Below, in pieces: positions 51,001-61,417 of a DNA stretch of 64,000 nt. Below the pieces are notes generated by a model. The model did no database searches and had not been told where the DNA came from. It saw nothing but the letters and a program-made list of their open reading frames with translations. Position 1 is the stretch's first letter, and each line of letters begins with the position of its first letter. Location of the stretch: the IMG/VR virus record IMGVR_UViG_3300009011_000001, positions 124,001 through 188,000 of that record. One strand, written 5' to 3'. The position numbers and the translations under genes are program-made.

Positions 51001-51633
51001 ATGAAATACCACAACCTGAAGAACAAGGCCGAAATGGATGCCCTCCCAAAAGGCACCCTGAAAGATTTCGACGTCATCATTCTTACCGATACTCGCGATG
51101 TCTACTCCATCCCGCACAAAGGCACTGAGCCTGTATTTGCGTTCAACATCAAGCCGCGCGATGTAGCGTTTCCTGTTGTTGAGCACGCGCCTGCGGCACA
51201 GCTGACCGTACCAGCCGTGGGCGATAAGCCCCTGATGCGAGTCCGGTTCCATTCGGACTTCTCGGACAGCCGTCCAGTTACGTGGCCGTTAAAACACCCT
51301 TACTGGTGTACCGGCAGCTACACCTACCATGATAAGAACGGTGATCCGGGCGACGGCTGCACTATCGTTGCTTATCTCGAATCCAAAGACGAGGTGTTGA
51401 AAGGCTGGCCAGAAGCTCGCGATATCGAAGTGTTTGAAGAAGACTTAGATTTCTACACCTTCACCGCACGCTTCGGCGTTAGCGAAATGGTGCTTTCGTA
51501 TTACGATTTGCCTAAGTTTAAGGCAAGTCATCCAGGTGAGCAGTTCAAGGAAGCGGTGGAGTCGTTCAAAGCCATCTATCCCGAATGCAGTACTGCTGCT
51601 GCGGAGTTCATTCCGGGCAGTCTCCGTAACTAG
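51001..51633 (+). CDS. hypothetical protein
   Basis: GGAG RBS; RVRF...D.RP..WP..HPYWCTG domain. Confidence 0.7.
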   Translation: MKYHNLKNKAEMDALPKGTLKDFDVIILTDTRDVYSIPHKGTEPVFAFNIKPRDVAFPVVEHAPAAQLTVPAVGDKPLMRVRFHSDFSDSRPVTWPLKHPYWCTGSYTYHDKNGDPGDGCTIVAYLESKDEVLKGWPEARDIEVFEEDLDFYTFTARFGVSEMVLSYYDLPKFKASHPGEQFKEAVESFKAIYPECSTAAAEFIPGSLRN

Positions 51634-51711
51634 TTACTAAACACCTCACCATCCTTCGGGGTGGTGAGTCTACCTTCTTTTTTTTTGTTAGTATTCCAAC
51701 AGAGATTTGAG

Positions 51712-51725
51712 CAGTCACACATTAC
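51712..51725 (+). promoter_or_regulatory. putative early promoter motif
   Basis: CAGTCACACATTAC. Confidence 0.7.
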
Positions 51726-51756
51726 CTCATTGTCTAACCAAACCAGTGAGGTAATT

Positions 51757-52311
51757 ATGATAACACCAGTTAGCGAACTCCTTGCCAGAGCCCGTAAGGA
51801 TAAAGGCTACACGCAAGACTACGTGGCCAACGCTATCGGTTGCCGGAGAGCAACTATCAGTGACCTTGAGCGTGGCGCTATACCGTTGAGTAGTTTTGAA
51901 AAGCTTGGTGAGCTTAAAGCTCTTCTTGACTTTGCTCCAATTGAATCGTTAACGGCTTGGGAAGTTCCAAACTTGCCAACTCCGAATGAAGCGCAGTACC
52001 TGATGGACAGCAACTTGCTTCGGGCGTTGTTCCAAGCAATGTCAGATCCTGTTGAACTTTACAAGGCATCTGAGCGGTTTAAAGATGTCGGCGAAGACCT
52101 AGGCTTTAAAGAGGGTGGCTATATTTTCGACATGCCTTGGCAGATCGAACACATCTATCCGCCAGTAATCGAGAGTGTGCGAGTTAGTCTGGAGAAATCT
52201 GGCTGGGATCTTGTTACTTGGCAATCTCTGGATGAGCATCAAAAGCCCACTCTCCATTGGGACAAGATTGTAATCAGATTGATCATTCGTCCTAAGGAGG
52301 ACAAACCGTGA
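51757..52311 (+). CDS. XRE-family HTH protein
   Basis: ARKDKGYTQDYVANAIGCRRATISDLERG. Confidence 0.85.
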   Translation: MITPVSELLARARKDKGYTQDYVANAIGCRRATISDLERGAIPLSSFEKLGELKALLDFAPIESLTAWEVPNLPTPNEAQYLMDSNLLRALFQAMSDPVELYKASERFKDVGEDLGFKEGGYIFDMPWQIEHIYPPVIESVRVSLEKSGWDLVTWQSLDEHQKPTLHWDKIVIRLIIRPKEDKP

Positions 52312-52502
52312 AGTCTAAAGAACAACAACTCATTGAAAAAGCCTTGCGGCTAAAGTGTGAGAATATGGACTGGCTCTATCAGTACACCGAAAACATGCAG
52401 GAATATCAAGCAGGCGTTGATGCGTTTGCTGAGATACGTCAACTGGCAGATGCCCTAGGTCCAGAGGGAGATGCAATAATTGCTGAATACCGAAAAGAGT
52501 AA
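52308..52502 (+). CDS. small hypothetical protein
   Basis: AAGGAGG RBS. Confidence 0.7.
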   Translation: MKSKEQQLIEKALRLKCENMDWLYQYTENMQEYQAGVDAFAEIRQLADALGPEGDAIIAEYRKE

Positions 52503-52733
52503 TTTTCAACGAACTCTGAACATGTAATGGAGCGTGGGGGAACCTAGGAGCGAAGCGACGACGGAGGGGGCTAATAAATAGCGAGGATGACAACAGGAAT
52601 CCTCTTCTTTATTGCAATGAAACGTAGATGGATGTAATTCATCGAAGTGGAATTTAATCTCTCCAAATGGCGAAGCTATTTGGCTCTGATGTTGCTCTAT
52701 TACACGTTAGGGGAAAATGACCAGGAAGCAAGC

Positions 52734-53027
52734 ATGTCCACATCGTTAAAGATAAAAGCTGAATGGGTAGGTAAAGGTTTCTTCTACCTAGATCATACTC
52801 CAACAGGTAAGGTCTACACAGGTACAGCATCAAACATGTTCGAAGCCATCTCTGAGCTTAAAGGTCAGTTAGACTTCGGTACGTGTAAGAACAAGGCGTT
52901 AGTAAAGCTCTGCGAAAAAGAGCCTACGTTTACTGCTCATGTTCTGGCGTGTAGTTCTATTGGCGATGCCCGCAAAGCCGAGAAAGAATTCCGCTCAAAG
53001 AAACCAGCCCATTTACTTCTCAATTAA
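52734..53027 (+). CDS. small GIY-YIG-like protein
   Basis: GFFYLDHTPTGKVYTG.A.N. Confidence 0.5.
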   Translation: MSTSLKIKAEWVGKGFFYLDHTPTGKVYTGTASNMFEAISELKGQLDFGTCKNKALVKLCEKEPTFTAHVLACSSIGDARKAEKEFRSKKPAHLLLN

Positions 53028-53039
53028 GGGAAACGGATT

Positions 53040-54590
53040 ATGGACACCGCTGCCAATCACCTAAAGATTGTTGTACTTAGAAACTTGCGTTACTCGGTGC
53101 CTGCTGTCCTCTTATCGATTCTCGGAGACCATGCCCGCATAGAGGAGGCGGTTGACACGTACCTGAAGGATCTTGAAAAATATATCAAGACAGAAGATCA
53201 CCTCATGATGTGGAATCTGGCCTCGAAATACGTCATACACAAAATAAAGTTTCAACTTCTTGAAACCGTCGCCGGTAATAGATCGCCTGTACCCGCCGCC
53301 ATTACTGACCGATTCAAGGAGATACTCAGCGACTACAAAGATAGTGACGAGTTAGCCGCGCATTACGAAAACAAATTTTCATCCATCGCCGATATGAGGA
53401 CCCGTTATGCCCACCGCCCTACCTAAATCCCCACCCGCTCCATCGACTACGAAAGATTACACCTGGTCAGCTCCGATACCTTCCCAGGCTCAGATTGAAC
53501 GTTTCAAAAAGTTCAAAGACTCAGGTGGTGAAGTGCCTGTAATCAAAGGCATCGTGATGGGCGGTCATTATACCGACCTCATGAAAAGTTTCTTCGGGAT
53601 GTGGGAACTCGCTGGACTTCCTACAGGCAATGGTAACTTCCCAATTTGTGCGCCTGAGTTTGGATTCACTCCCGAAGAACAGACGCAACTGGAAAAAGAT
53701 TTCGATAAGGTAACCATGAGGACTGGTGAAGAATTTTCTTTTGTTAGAAGCAAGTTGGGTTCCGAATACGATATCGTGTCTGTGATTTATGGCGTGCCAC
53801 GCACTCGGCGTGAATATGCGGACTACAGAGCCAACATGAACGCAAAGGATGGCGGCGATGATCAGAAGCCTTTGGAATAAGTGGAAGTATAGCCGGCAAA
53901 AAGACAGCATCGATATTCTTTTGATGTATATCGTGTCGTCAGGAACAGCCGGCATTAAACTCCCATTTGAAGATAATTTGGGGAATGTCGTAGAACTACC
54001 CGTCATTGGTTACAACGCGGATAATGTCTACATCGATATCGATCATCATTTAGCCTTCTTCCCAAAGGACCGCATGCGACTCAGCGACCTGGAGTTGGAC
54101 AAACGCATCATGGCGATAGAGCCCGCTCTAATCCCACCGAAGTCGAAAAAGCTGTACAAACATTTAAACTCCTTCAAGGAATTGGAGGGTCAGGCTGTTC
54201 GCCTACGACACACGATCACCGGTCAGATCCACAAGTACGAAAACTTCTGCTTGGACTGCAGCTCTCTGATGCAGAGCGATAGTCGGGTCTACCATCTGCC
54301 AATCATGATTGCTGTTGGTTGGATCAGTAAGGTGATGTACCTCGAACATTTGGAAGTTCACAAAACAGTCAAGTGAGGCATTCATGTATAACAAGGTTCT
54401 GACGGGGTACGATAACCGTCACCAGTCCAAGCCAACGATAACGATCGGTAAGGCCCGCCTCGATCCGCCGTTGGAGAAAAGCCCACTTGGGCCAGATCAC
54501 GATATCGTGATGGAGATGTGGGGAGAGAAAACTACCCGCAAGGAATACATGTTCTTTAAACAATGGGCTGAAAGCCTAGCGAAAGCATAA
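53040..54590 (+). CDS. four hypothetical CDSs (53040-53426, 53407-53880, 53858-54376, 54384-54590)
   Basis: Coupled ORFs. Confidence 0.65.
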
Positions 54591-54594
54591 ACGA

Positions 54595-54627
54595 CATACA
54601 GCCCGGCCGTAGTGGCCGGGCTGTATG
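54595..54627. terminator. CATA...TATG hairpin between convergent genes (probably bidirectional)
   Basis: CATACAGCCCGGCC-GTAGT-GGCCGGGCTGTATG. Confidence 0.8.
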
Positions 54628-54645
54628 CTGTCTTCTTTCTTTTTG

Positions 54646-55878
54646 TTACTTAGCCATGCTACTCAGTAGCGTGTGGATCGCATCAGCATTGCTGCGCATG
54701 CTGTTTGCAAAACTACCCAGAGCTTGGCAGTATTTCAGGTCAGCAGCTGCTTCTGCACGCAACTCAGCGATACGCGCACTGTCGGCGTCTTTGCCTTTTT
54801 CGCGGTTTATGTCACGAGCCATATCGGCCTGGGAACGAGCGGCCATCTGTTCGAGTGATTTACACTCATTGTACAGGGTCTTCGCTTCGGTGTGGGCCTG
54901 TTCGATCAACTTGTCCAACTCGTTAACGCCGGCAGCGTATTCGGTGGTGTAGTCGGCATCAGGGTACTTGGCCTTCCATTCCTTAAAGGCCTTGTTGAAT
55001 GGATCACCTTCCATGAAGGTGCCAACGTCTTTTGGCATTACGCCCTTACCGCTGGCGTCCTGTCCGGCGATGAGCTTACCGGCAACGCCGCCGTTCAGAG
55101 AAACGATGTATTCGCGAACCTTGGCAACGTCAAGACGGCCATTGGAAACCATCCAGCCTGGCACGCGGACAGAACGCTTCTTACCTTCTTCCTGCGGTGC
55201 TTCTTTCTTCGGCGCAGGTTTGGCAGGCTCTGCTGGCTTTTCAGCAGGTTTCTCTGCAGGCTTTGCCGCTGGAGCAGCAGCAGGCTTCGCAGGAGTGTTG
55301 GCCGGAGCAGCGGCAACGGGTTTTGGTTCGTTGGCAGCAGGTTTGGCGTGACCACCCACCTCGGTAATCTTGGCTTCTTTCAGCTTGCCGATATCGGCCT
55401 TGGCAGCGGCATGGCGCTCATCCAGCTTCTTCTCACCCAGCCCCAGTTTGGCGCCCCAGCGTTTGAACATGGCAACCAGTGCGTCGTAACGCTCCTTCAC
55501 CCATTTGATCAGAGCTTCAACCACGCCCTTCACTTTCTGACCAATCGACTTCTTGTCTTTCTCAGCTGCTTCAAAAGAAGGAGCCAAAACGGAGACAGGA
55601 ATGTGAGCACCAGAAACGTGCATGATCTGCGCCATTGCGAACTGATAGTTCTCCATCGACTCAGGGGTCAGTTCTTGGCCCTCGAAGCGCTGAGCCAAAG
55701 CTTCCAGCGACTGAGTCACCGCAATGGTGCGGCCCATGTCGTCGATGTGGGAGTTGACGAGTTCGAGATAATCGTCAGCATCGGCACTTGGATCCGGTTC
55801 GTATTCCACCGGTAGTTCTGGTTGAGCAACTTCTCCAGATTCCATTGCCAAGGAAAGCAGGGTTCTTTCGAGATTCAT
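54646..55878 (-). CDS. inner head (virion) protein with a Pro/Ala/Lys-rich linker
   Basis: LAMESG, SLE, SME, PSFE sites; acidic propeptide; paralog of 55894-57045 and 1-560. Confidence 0.8.
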   Translation of the reverse strand: MNLERTLLSLAMESGEVAQPELPVEYEPDPSADADDYLELVNSHIDDMGRTIAVTQSLEALAQRFEGQELTPESMENYQFAMAQIMHVSGAHIPVSVLAPSFEAAEKDKKSIGQKVKGVVEALIKWVKERYDALVAMFKRWGAKLGLGEKKLDERHAAAKADIGKLKEAKITEVGGHAKPAANEPKPVAAAPANTPAKPAAAPAAKPAEKPAEKPAEPAKPAPKKEAPQEEGKKRSVRVPGWMVSNGRLDVAKVREYIVSLNGGVAGKLIAGQDASGKGVMPKDVGTFMEGDPFNKAFKEWKAKYPDADYTTEYAAGVNELDKLIEQAHTEAKTLYNECKSLEQMAARSQADMARDINREKGKDADSARIAELRAEAAADLKYCQALGSFANSMRSNADAIHTLLSSMAK

Positions 55879-55893
55879 CTTTCGTTCCTTTTC

Positions 55894-57045
55894 TTACGCA
55901 GCCTTGAGTTTAAAGAGAGCACCAAGGATGCCGTGTTGTTCACAGATCCAAGCGTGGCATTTGGTTTCGAGTTTGGAGATCTCTGCATCGATGCGCATGG
56001 CTGCTACAAAAGCATTGCGATACGCAGCAACCTTCTTGTGATCTTTCGATCCAGCCACGTTGTTCTCAAGCTTACGCCGAGCTGTAGACATGGCTTCTTG
56101 TCGAGCCACAGACCACTTGTTCAGAGTCTTGAGCGTACGTGCCAAGAAGGCACTGACCAGCTGAACACGAGACAACTCCATCGTGTAATCGCTGACCTTA
56201 TTCTTATCCTTGATGGCTTCTTCAAGGCCTTTACGGAAAGCACTGTCGTAACGATCCTCTTTGAGGAAGTCGAACAGATACTTGGCAGACTCTTCAGGAT
56301 CTGCTTGATCAACTTTCTCGATCAGGTCAACGCCCTTGCTATCCTTGCCGTTCAGAAGATGGCCAACTTCGCCCTTCAGGTTGAAGAGACTATCGACCAG
56401 ACGAATGAACACATCGGCGTTGAAAGCGCCTTCATGAATCATCCAGGCAGGAAGAGGATTGCGGTGGAACTGACCCTGCTTATCACCAACGCGAACCGTC
56501 AGAGTGGCGACGTTACCGCTCAGCTCATAACGCTTTTCGGTACTTGGCTCATCGACGGCGACAGCCTTGGCAATGAGTTCCGCCTCAGCTTCCAACTTGT
56601 CAGTCTTGCCTTTTCTGAAGAGGTTGACCTTCTTGAAGAAAGCAACCAGCGAATCCCACTTTTCTTTGATCCATTTAAGGATCGAGGCAACCACGCTCTT
56701 GGCCTTTTGGCCAATCGATTCCTTGTCCTTCTCGGCAGCTTCAAACGAAGGCGCCAGAGTCAGTACGGGGATGTGGACACCGCTGACTGCCAACATGGTT
56801 GACAGAGTCGCGTGATACTGCTCCATGGAAGCCTGCGTCACTTCCGCACCCTGTACTTGTTCAGCCAAGGATTCGAATGACTGCACAAATGCGTAGGCGC
56901 GTTCAATCTCGCCAATGCGGGCTTCCGTTGCGTAGACCAGCTCTTCAGACAGCACTTCGAACAAAGGCAAGTCTTCGTAAGTTGGTTCAACGGTGACTGC
57001 GCCACTTTCCATTGCCACAGACAGCAACGTTCTGCTCAAATTCAT
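55894..57045 (-). CDS. inner head (virion) protein
   Basis: VAMESG, SFE, SME; LAPSFEAAEKDK.SIGQK shared with 54646-55878. Confidence 0.8.
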   Translation of the reverse strand: MNLSRTLLSVAMESGAVTVEPTYEDLPLFEVLSEELVYATEARIGEIERAYAFVQSFESLAEQVQGAEVTQASMEQYHATLSTMLAVSGVHIPVLTLAPSFEAAEKDKESIGQKAKSVVASILKWIKEKWDSLVAFFKKVNLFRKGKTDKLEAEAELIAKAVAVDEPSTEKRYELSGNVATLTVRVGDKQGQFHRNPLPAWMIHEGAFNADVFIRLVDSLFNLKGEVGHLLNGKDSKGVDLIEKVDQADPEESAKYLFDFLKEDRYDSAFRKGLEEAIKDKNKVSDYTMELSRVQLVSAFLARTLKTLNKWSVARQEAMSTARRKLENNVAGSKDHKKVAAYRNAFVAAMRIDAEISKLETKCHAWICEQHGILGALFKLKAA

Positions 57046-57095
57046 GATAGATCCTTATCGGTAAAGACGCCGACCTGAAGGCCGGCGTCAGTCGA

Positions 57096-60000
57096 TTACT
57101 TGACGCTGCGGTCCATCCAGTGCAGCAGTGCGATGATGATGTCACTGTACCAACGGTTGTAGTACGGGAAGCCGTATTCCAGCTCCTCAGAAACACGCTG
57201 ATGGTACCAGTGTTCGGCGTAGTCCATGTAGAGCGGCTCATCGAAGTCTTGCAGAAGACTCCACACATCCTCGGCTTCGAAATCGAGCCATCCGAAGTGA
57301 AGCGCGCCTTTCTGCCCTTTGATGTTCTGGAAGCACTGATCGATGATTGCAACAGCCTTACCAATCTGCTCAGCGTTCAATGCCGGGATCTTGGTAACGC
57401 CTTCGACTTTGTGTTCCTTGCCTGGCCGCACTTCCATGCCGTAAGCGTTGTTCGACTTCACGATGGCAGGATTCCAACCGCCCATGAAGACGTACTTCTT
57501 GCCGATAGCTTGCTGAGCCGGATGGTGCTTGCCAATCAGATCAAACTCTTTATTGGCATCGGCACAAAGCTTCTCGACTTCGTCATGGTTCCCGGCATGG
57601 ATAGCCTTGGTCAAAGGACCTTCGTACTTCGTGAAAGTCGCTTGGACTTTATCGTCCGTCTGCTTCAGCAGAGCGCTGTAACTGCCCGCTTGCTGAATGA
57701 AACCGGCGATGCCTTTTTCGATATCGCTGAAAGCAGTCGAGGCGTTGAACTTACCTTCGTAAGACAAAGGTTGAACAATGCCTGCAGCAGCCACTTCCGT
57801 GTTAAACTGCTGTTTCTTCACCCAGGTCGGGTTACCGAAGAACTGTTTCAGATACTCATCCACTTTCTTCTGTTCAGCGATCGGATAATCGTCTCGCGGA
57901 ATAGCTTCTTTGTGGATGTCTTTCTGACTTGGTCCCTGGAACCACTTCTTGATGTCGGTAATGATATCGCCCAGACTCTCGAATGACTCGCCGGCTACCT
58001 GTTTGATGTTGATCGTGTAGCCACGCAATGCAGCATGCACATCAACGGTTTCACAACGCAGGATGTTGTCGTGGATCGTACCTTGAGTCTTGTACTCACC
58101 TTTCAGGCCGTTAACAGGATTGAAGTTCTCAACCCAGCCATCTTCGGCTTCAGGTCGCAGCGTGTAGATGTAGACCGACAGCTTTTCGATATCAGCTTTG
58201 GTGATGGTTTGGTCGCACACCTCGATATCCAGACGGCGGGTTTTCGCATCGTACTTGTAGCGCGATAGATCCCACTTCTTCTCGATTGCCGAGCTAATGC
58301 CCAGCATGATCGCTTCGTCTTTCTTATCGGCAGCATACAGCCAGGTGTTGTCTTCGGTCTTATCCCACTTAACCAGAACACCGCTGTGTTTAAAGCCTGG
58401 CTTAAGTTCGTTCTGCTTGTAGGCAGACGAGTGGAACAGATACGGAGGCAGGTTGGTCATTGGCTCAACAAACTCCTGCTTCACGCTTACCGGAGCAGCA
58501 GGACCACCCAACCACTGATTGTCGAACGACTCTTCTGCGTACTCGATCAGCTCGTTGAGCAACAGGTTCTTGGATTCCAGCTGCATGCTGTCCAAGTCCA
58601 CGTTAGCCACGCCGAGAATCGATGCAGTCATTTCAGCCGACCACTGCATGATGTCGTTGCTGCGGGTGGAGATGTTTGGCTTGTCGCCGGTGTCGAGCAA
58701 CAGATCGACCACGTCCACTGCAGTGTCCTGACCAAGGCGAGCAGCACGGGCGATGGTCTGAGTACGGATAGCGTCACGGAACGGCTGGTTGATCATGAGG
58801 ATGCGACTGGCCACTGTCAAAGGCACCGCCGTCGACAGAGACGGGTAGGTAGCCAGCAACGGGTTGATGTCGTCATTCTCGTAGAAGTCTTTGACGATCT
58901 TCGAAAGGTCCTTGTTGGTAGCGCCATAGACGCGAGCCGTTTGGTAACCCTTCTGATCGATCAAAGAAGCCGCACGTTCCAGCACCTCAACGAAGCTGGT
59001 GAAGATCAGGGTCTTCTTAACGGCACCGTCAATCAGCATGGAGAAGTCGATGTTCTCAACCATCTCCAAGTGGCACTTCGAACGAGAGCCGCCGAGGATA
59101 GTGCCAAGGCATTCACCCATGATCGTCAGGTTGACGTACTTGACCACAGATTTGGCTTTACGGAAATCTTCCTTCATTGTGTTTGGCAATGTTGGAATAA
59201 TGACCTTACGCTCAAAGCTGTTTGCAAGCTGTGCTTCGGCCTTCATGAGCTTTGGGTCAAACCCTTTGCTGATCAAAGCCACAGCAGCCTTATAGGCGGC
59301 GTAGTCAGCCTTGTTGAAGTGAGCATGCTGTTCAAAGTACGTCAGCGCACGTTCGTAGTCAGCCTTGAACTCAGCCTTGTGTTTCTCGTAGAACGCTTCG
59401 CGCTCCATGATGAACTTGCGCATCTTCTCGCCGATAGCTTCGAGCGTGTACTCGTGGGCATTCGGCATTTTAACCAGAACGGTCTGAGTGTGGATTGGGA
59501 TGTCCACTACGTCTTGTTTAGGGACGTGATACTTCAGGTGGCCGATACGGTTACGCAGGATATCGTTCGCACGTTTGGCGTCACGACCGTAGATCTTACG
59601 GAAGCGTTCTTCGGCCTCGTCGTTGAACATTGGGTCGATGCATTTAAGGAACGGAATGCACTCAACGCCAAGCGCTTGAATCGGAGTACCCGATGCCCAG
59701 AGATTCATCATCATCTGCGGCATGCCAGCCAGGTCAATAAAGGCCTGAGTACGGTCAGAAGCAATGCGGTTGAAGTTGTGCGATTCGTCCAGGCCCAAGT
59801 AAGAGCCTTCGAAATCACGAGGGTGCGCTTTAACGAAGTCCAGCATTTGTTGCAGCTGTTCGTAATGCACGACGTAGTAGTACGCATCGGTGGTCAGAGG
59901 CTTGCCATCGGTGGAAACCCAGTACGGTTTCTTCATGAGCATGATGTGCGCAATGGTATCTTGCCACACGCGCTCAGCCGAGTTCTTCGGTACGATGACG

Positions 60001-60521
60001 ATGCATTTCTTCGCACCCAAACAGTGGGCGAGGATCAGCTGAGTAACGGTCTTGCCTGTACCGGCACCGGCATCGAGCATGTAGCCACGCAGACGATAAG
60101 CAGGAACCAACTTACCGACGTGGCGCACAAACTCACGCTGGAAAGGCTTGAGCGGGAACGGAACAAGGTGGTCAAGATCCTTCTCGTTGGTGATGGACTT
60201 GACTTCACGTTCTACGTCACCAACCCAGGTCTTTTCCTTGAGTTCGTGAATGATCTTTGCAAGCACACGACGGGAACTGCGGGTCTGTGGATCATCAAGC
60301 AGTTTCTCGCAAATGTACTTGAAGTCCAATGCGAAGAAGTGAAGGAACCGAAGCTTACCGCTCTGGATAACCGAGAACATCTGGTTACCGACCTGATTGC
60401 TACCCCAGATACGATACATGTCCTTCAACAGGATGAATGTCTCAATACCCTCCACGGTGATGTACTTGGGGGTGGAGGAAACGTCCACAATCCCAAGCGT
60501 CTTTTTAATAGATGAAAACAT
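57096..60521 (-). CDS. virion-associated SF2/SNF2-type helicase fused to additional C-terminal domains
   Basis: PFQREF, AGAGTGKT, LDESH, ASGTP, IFTSF, QTIARAARLGQ; ~490-aa C-terminal extension. Confidence 0.9.
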   Translation of the reverse strand: MFSSIKKTLGIVDVSSTPKYITVEGIETFILLKDMYRIWGSNQVGNQMFSVIQSGKLRFLHFFALDFKYICEKLLDDPQTRSSRRVLAKIIHELKEKTWVGDVEREVKSITNEKDLDHLVPFPLKPFQREFVRHVGKLVPAYRLRGYMLDAGAGTGKTVTQLILAHCLGAKKCIVIVPKNSAERVWQDTIAHIMLMKKPYWVSTDGKPLTTDAYYYVVHYEQLQQMLDFVKAHPRDFEGSYLGLDESHNFNRIASDRTQAFIDLAGMPQMMMNLWASGTPIQALGVECIPFLKCIDPMFNDEAEERFRKIYGRDAKRANDILRNRIGHLKYHVPKQDVVDIPIHTQTVLVKMPNAHEYTLEAIGEKMRKFIMEREAFYEKHKAEFKADYERALTYFEQHAHFNKADYAAYKAAVALISKGFDPKLMKAEAQLANSFERKVIIPTLPNTMKEDFRKAKSVVKYVNLTIMGECLGTILGGSRSKCHLEMVENIDFSMLIDGAVKKTLIFTSFVEVLERAASLIDQKGYQTARVYGATNKDLSKIVKDFYENDDINPLLATYPSLSTAVPLTVASRILMINQPFRDAIRTQTIARAARLGQDTAVDVVDLLLDTGDKPNISTRSNDIMQWSAEMTASILGVANVDLDSMQLESKNLLLNELIEYAEESFDNQWLGGPAAPVSVKQEFVEPMTNLPPYLFHSSAYKQNELKPGFKHSGVLVKWDKTEDNTWLYAADKKDEAIMLGISSAIEKKWDLSRYKYDAKTRRLDIEVCDQTITKADIEKLSVYIYTLRPEAEDGWVENFNPVNGLKGEYKTQGTIHDNILRCETVDVHAALRGYTINIKQVAGESFESLGDIITDIKKWFQGPSQKDIHKEAIPRDDYPIAEQKKVDEYLKQFFGNPTWVKKQQFNTEVAAAGIVQPLSYEGKFNASTAFSDIEKGIAGFIQQAGSYSALLKQTDDKVQATFTKYEGPLTKAIHAGNHDEVEKLCADANKEFDLIGKHHPAQQAIGKKYVFMGGWNPAIVKSNNAYGMEVRPGKEHKVEGVTKIPALNAEQIGKAVAIIDQCFQNIKGQKGALHFGWLDFEAEDVWSLLQDFDEPLYMDYAEHWYHQRVSEELEYGFPYYNRWYSDIIIALLHWMDRSVK

Positions 60522-60572
60522 ACGGGCTCCTAGTCTGCAGTGCTGCGGTCGGTACTTAAAGTCATAAAATCA

Positions 60573-60938
60573 CTATTTGTCATCTTCGGGGATATCGACC
60601 ATCGACATCGTCTGTCCTTTAAGGTGGTGGGTGCAGTCACCAAGGAAGATGAGGTTTCCATCCCGGATGAAGAAATGGCAGGTATAAGGCCGGGGTTCGA
60701 TCTTCCCTCCTGTCATCAGAATGTCGCGTTCTTCATCGGTGATTCTTGCAGTTCCGTTGATTAACAGACTAGGCGAAAACGTAGGTTCTTTGACGCACAT
60801 GTTCCAGCCCCAAGAGGCCTGCTTGTTATCCGGATGTTCCAGATACACGTTGTGCATCAGTTTGCAGCCAGGGCAATAGAACGACAATGTGTAGCTGTTT
60901 ATTTGAAGCAAGATAGGCGACAGTTCTTTTATACTCAT
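60573..60938 (-). CDS. DUF6527-like metal-binding protein
   Basis: FYCPGC..H, PTFSPS, CHFFIRDG, FLGDCTH. Confidence 0.7.
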   Translation of the reverse strand: MSIKELSPILLQINSYTLSFYCPGCKLMHNVYLEHPDNKQASWGWNMCVKEPTFSPSLLINGTARITDEERDILMTGGKIEPRPYTCHFFIRDGNLIFLGDCTHHLKGQTMSMVDIPEDDK

Positions 60939-60967
60939 GATTGCTATGTCCCAGAGAGGAGATCGTA

Positions 60968-61396
60968 ATGGATAACAAGGCTGAAGCAAAAAGGCTGATT
61001 GAACTTGCACTAAAAGACCCACGGCTTGGACGACCAGCTCTGACGGCAGATATCAACCAACTGGAATGGATCTACCTCGAAGGCAAACCAGTCGGCTTCT
61101 TCACCCCTAAGCTTGAACCAGATGGACGATACAGAACCGGCACCATCTTTATTGAACCATCTCACCGTGGTAAAGGATTAGCTACAGATGTAGTAAAGAA
61201 GTATTTTGACGACGGTGATAAACCGGGCCGTGCTTGGATTGAACCCAGTAATCTGGCTAGCCAAACTATCTTCAAACGAGCAGGCTTTTATAAGTCTGGT
61301 CGCGTCACTAACTCGAAAGCAACATCACGAATGTTTGAAGAATGGGTGAACAAACCTATCCCTCCTCTTGTGAGTCGACCAGTGTTAGGTTGGTGA
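60968..61396 (+). CDS. GNAT acetyltransferase
   Basis: FIEPSHRGKGLAT motif A; N.AS...F...GF motif B. Confidence 0.85.
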   Translation: MDNKAEAKRLIELALKDPRLGRPALTADINQLEWIYLEGKPVGFFTPKLEPDGRYRTGTIFIEPSHRGKGLATDVVKKYFDDGDKPGRAWIEPSNLASQTIFKRAGFYKSGRVTNSKATSRMFEEWVNKPIPPLVSRPVLGW

Positions 61397-61409
61397 TAAG
61401 TTACATTAT
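61397..61409 (+). promoter_or_regulatory. putative early promoter motif
   Basis: TAAGTTACATTAT. Confidence 0.55.
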
Positions 61410-61417
61410 ATGTGTAG

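Noticed and set aside
58386-60515. 709-aa + strand ORF and other long antisense ORFs (7205-8266, 15449-16579, 22407-23627, 29764-30909, 32624-33607, 49451-50446, 54892-57986)
   Set aside because: These are shadow frames of genes with strong codon bias. They lack an RBS and motifs, and the opposite strand carries clear conserved proteins.
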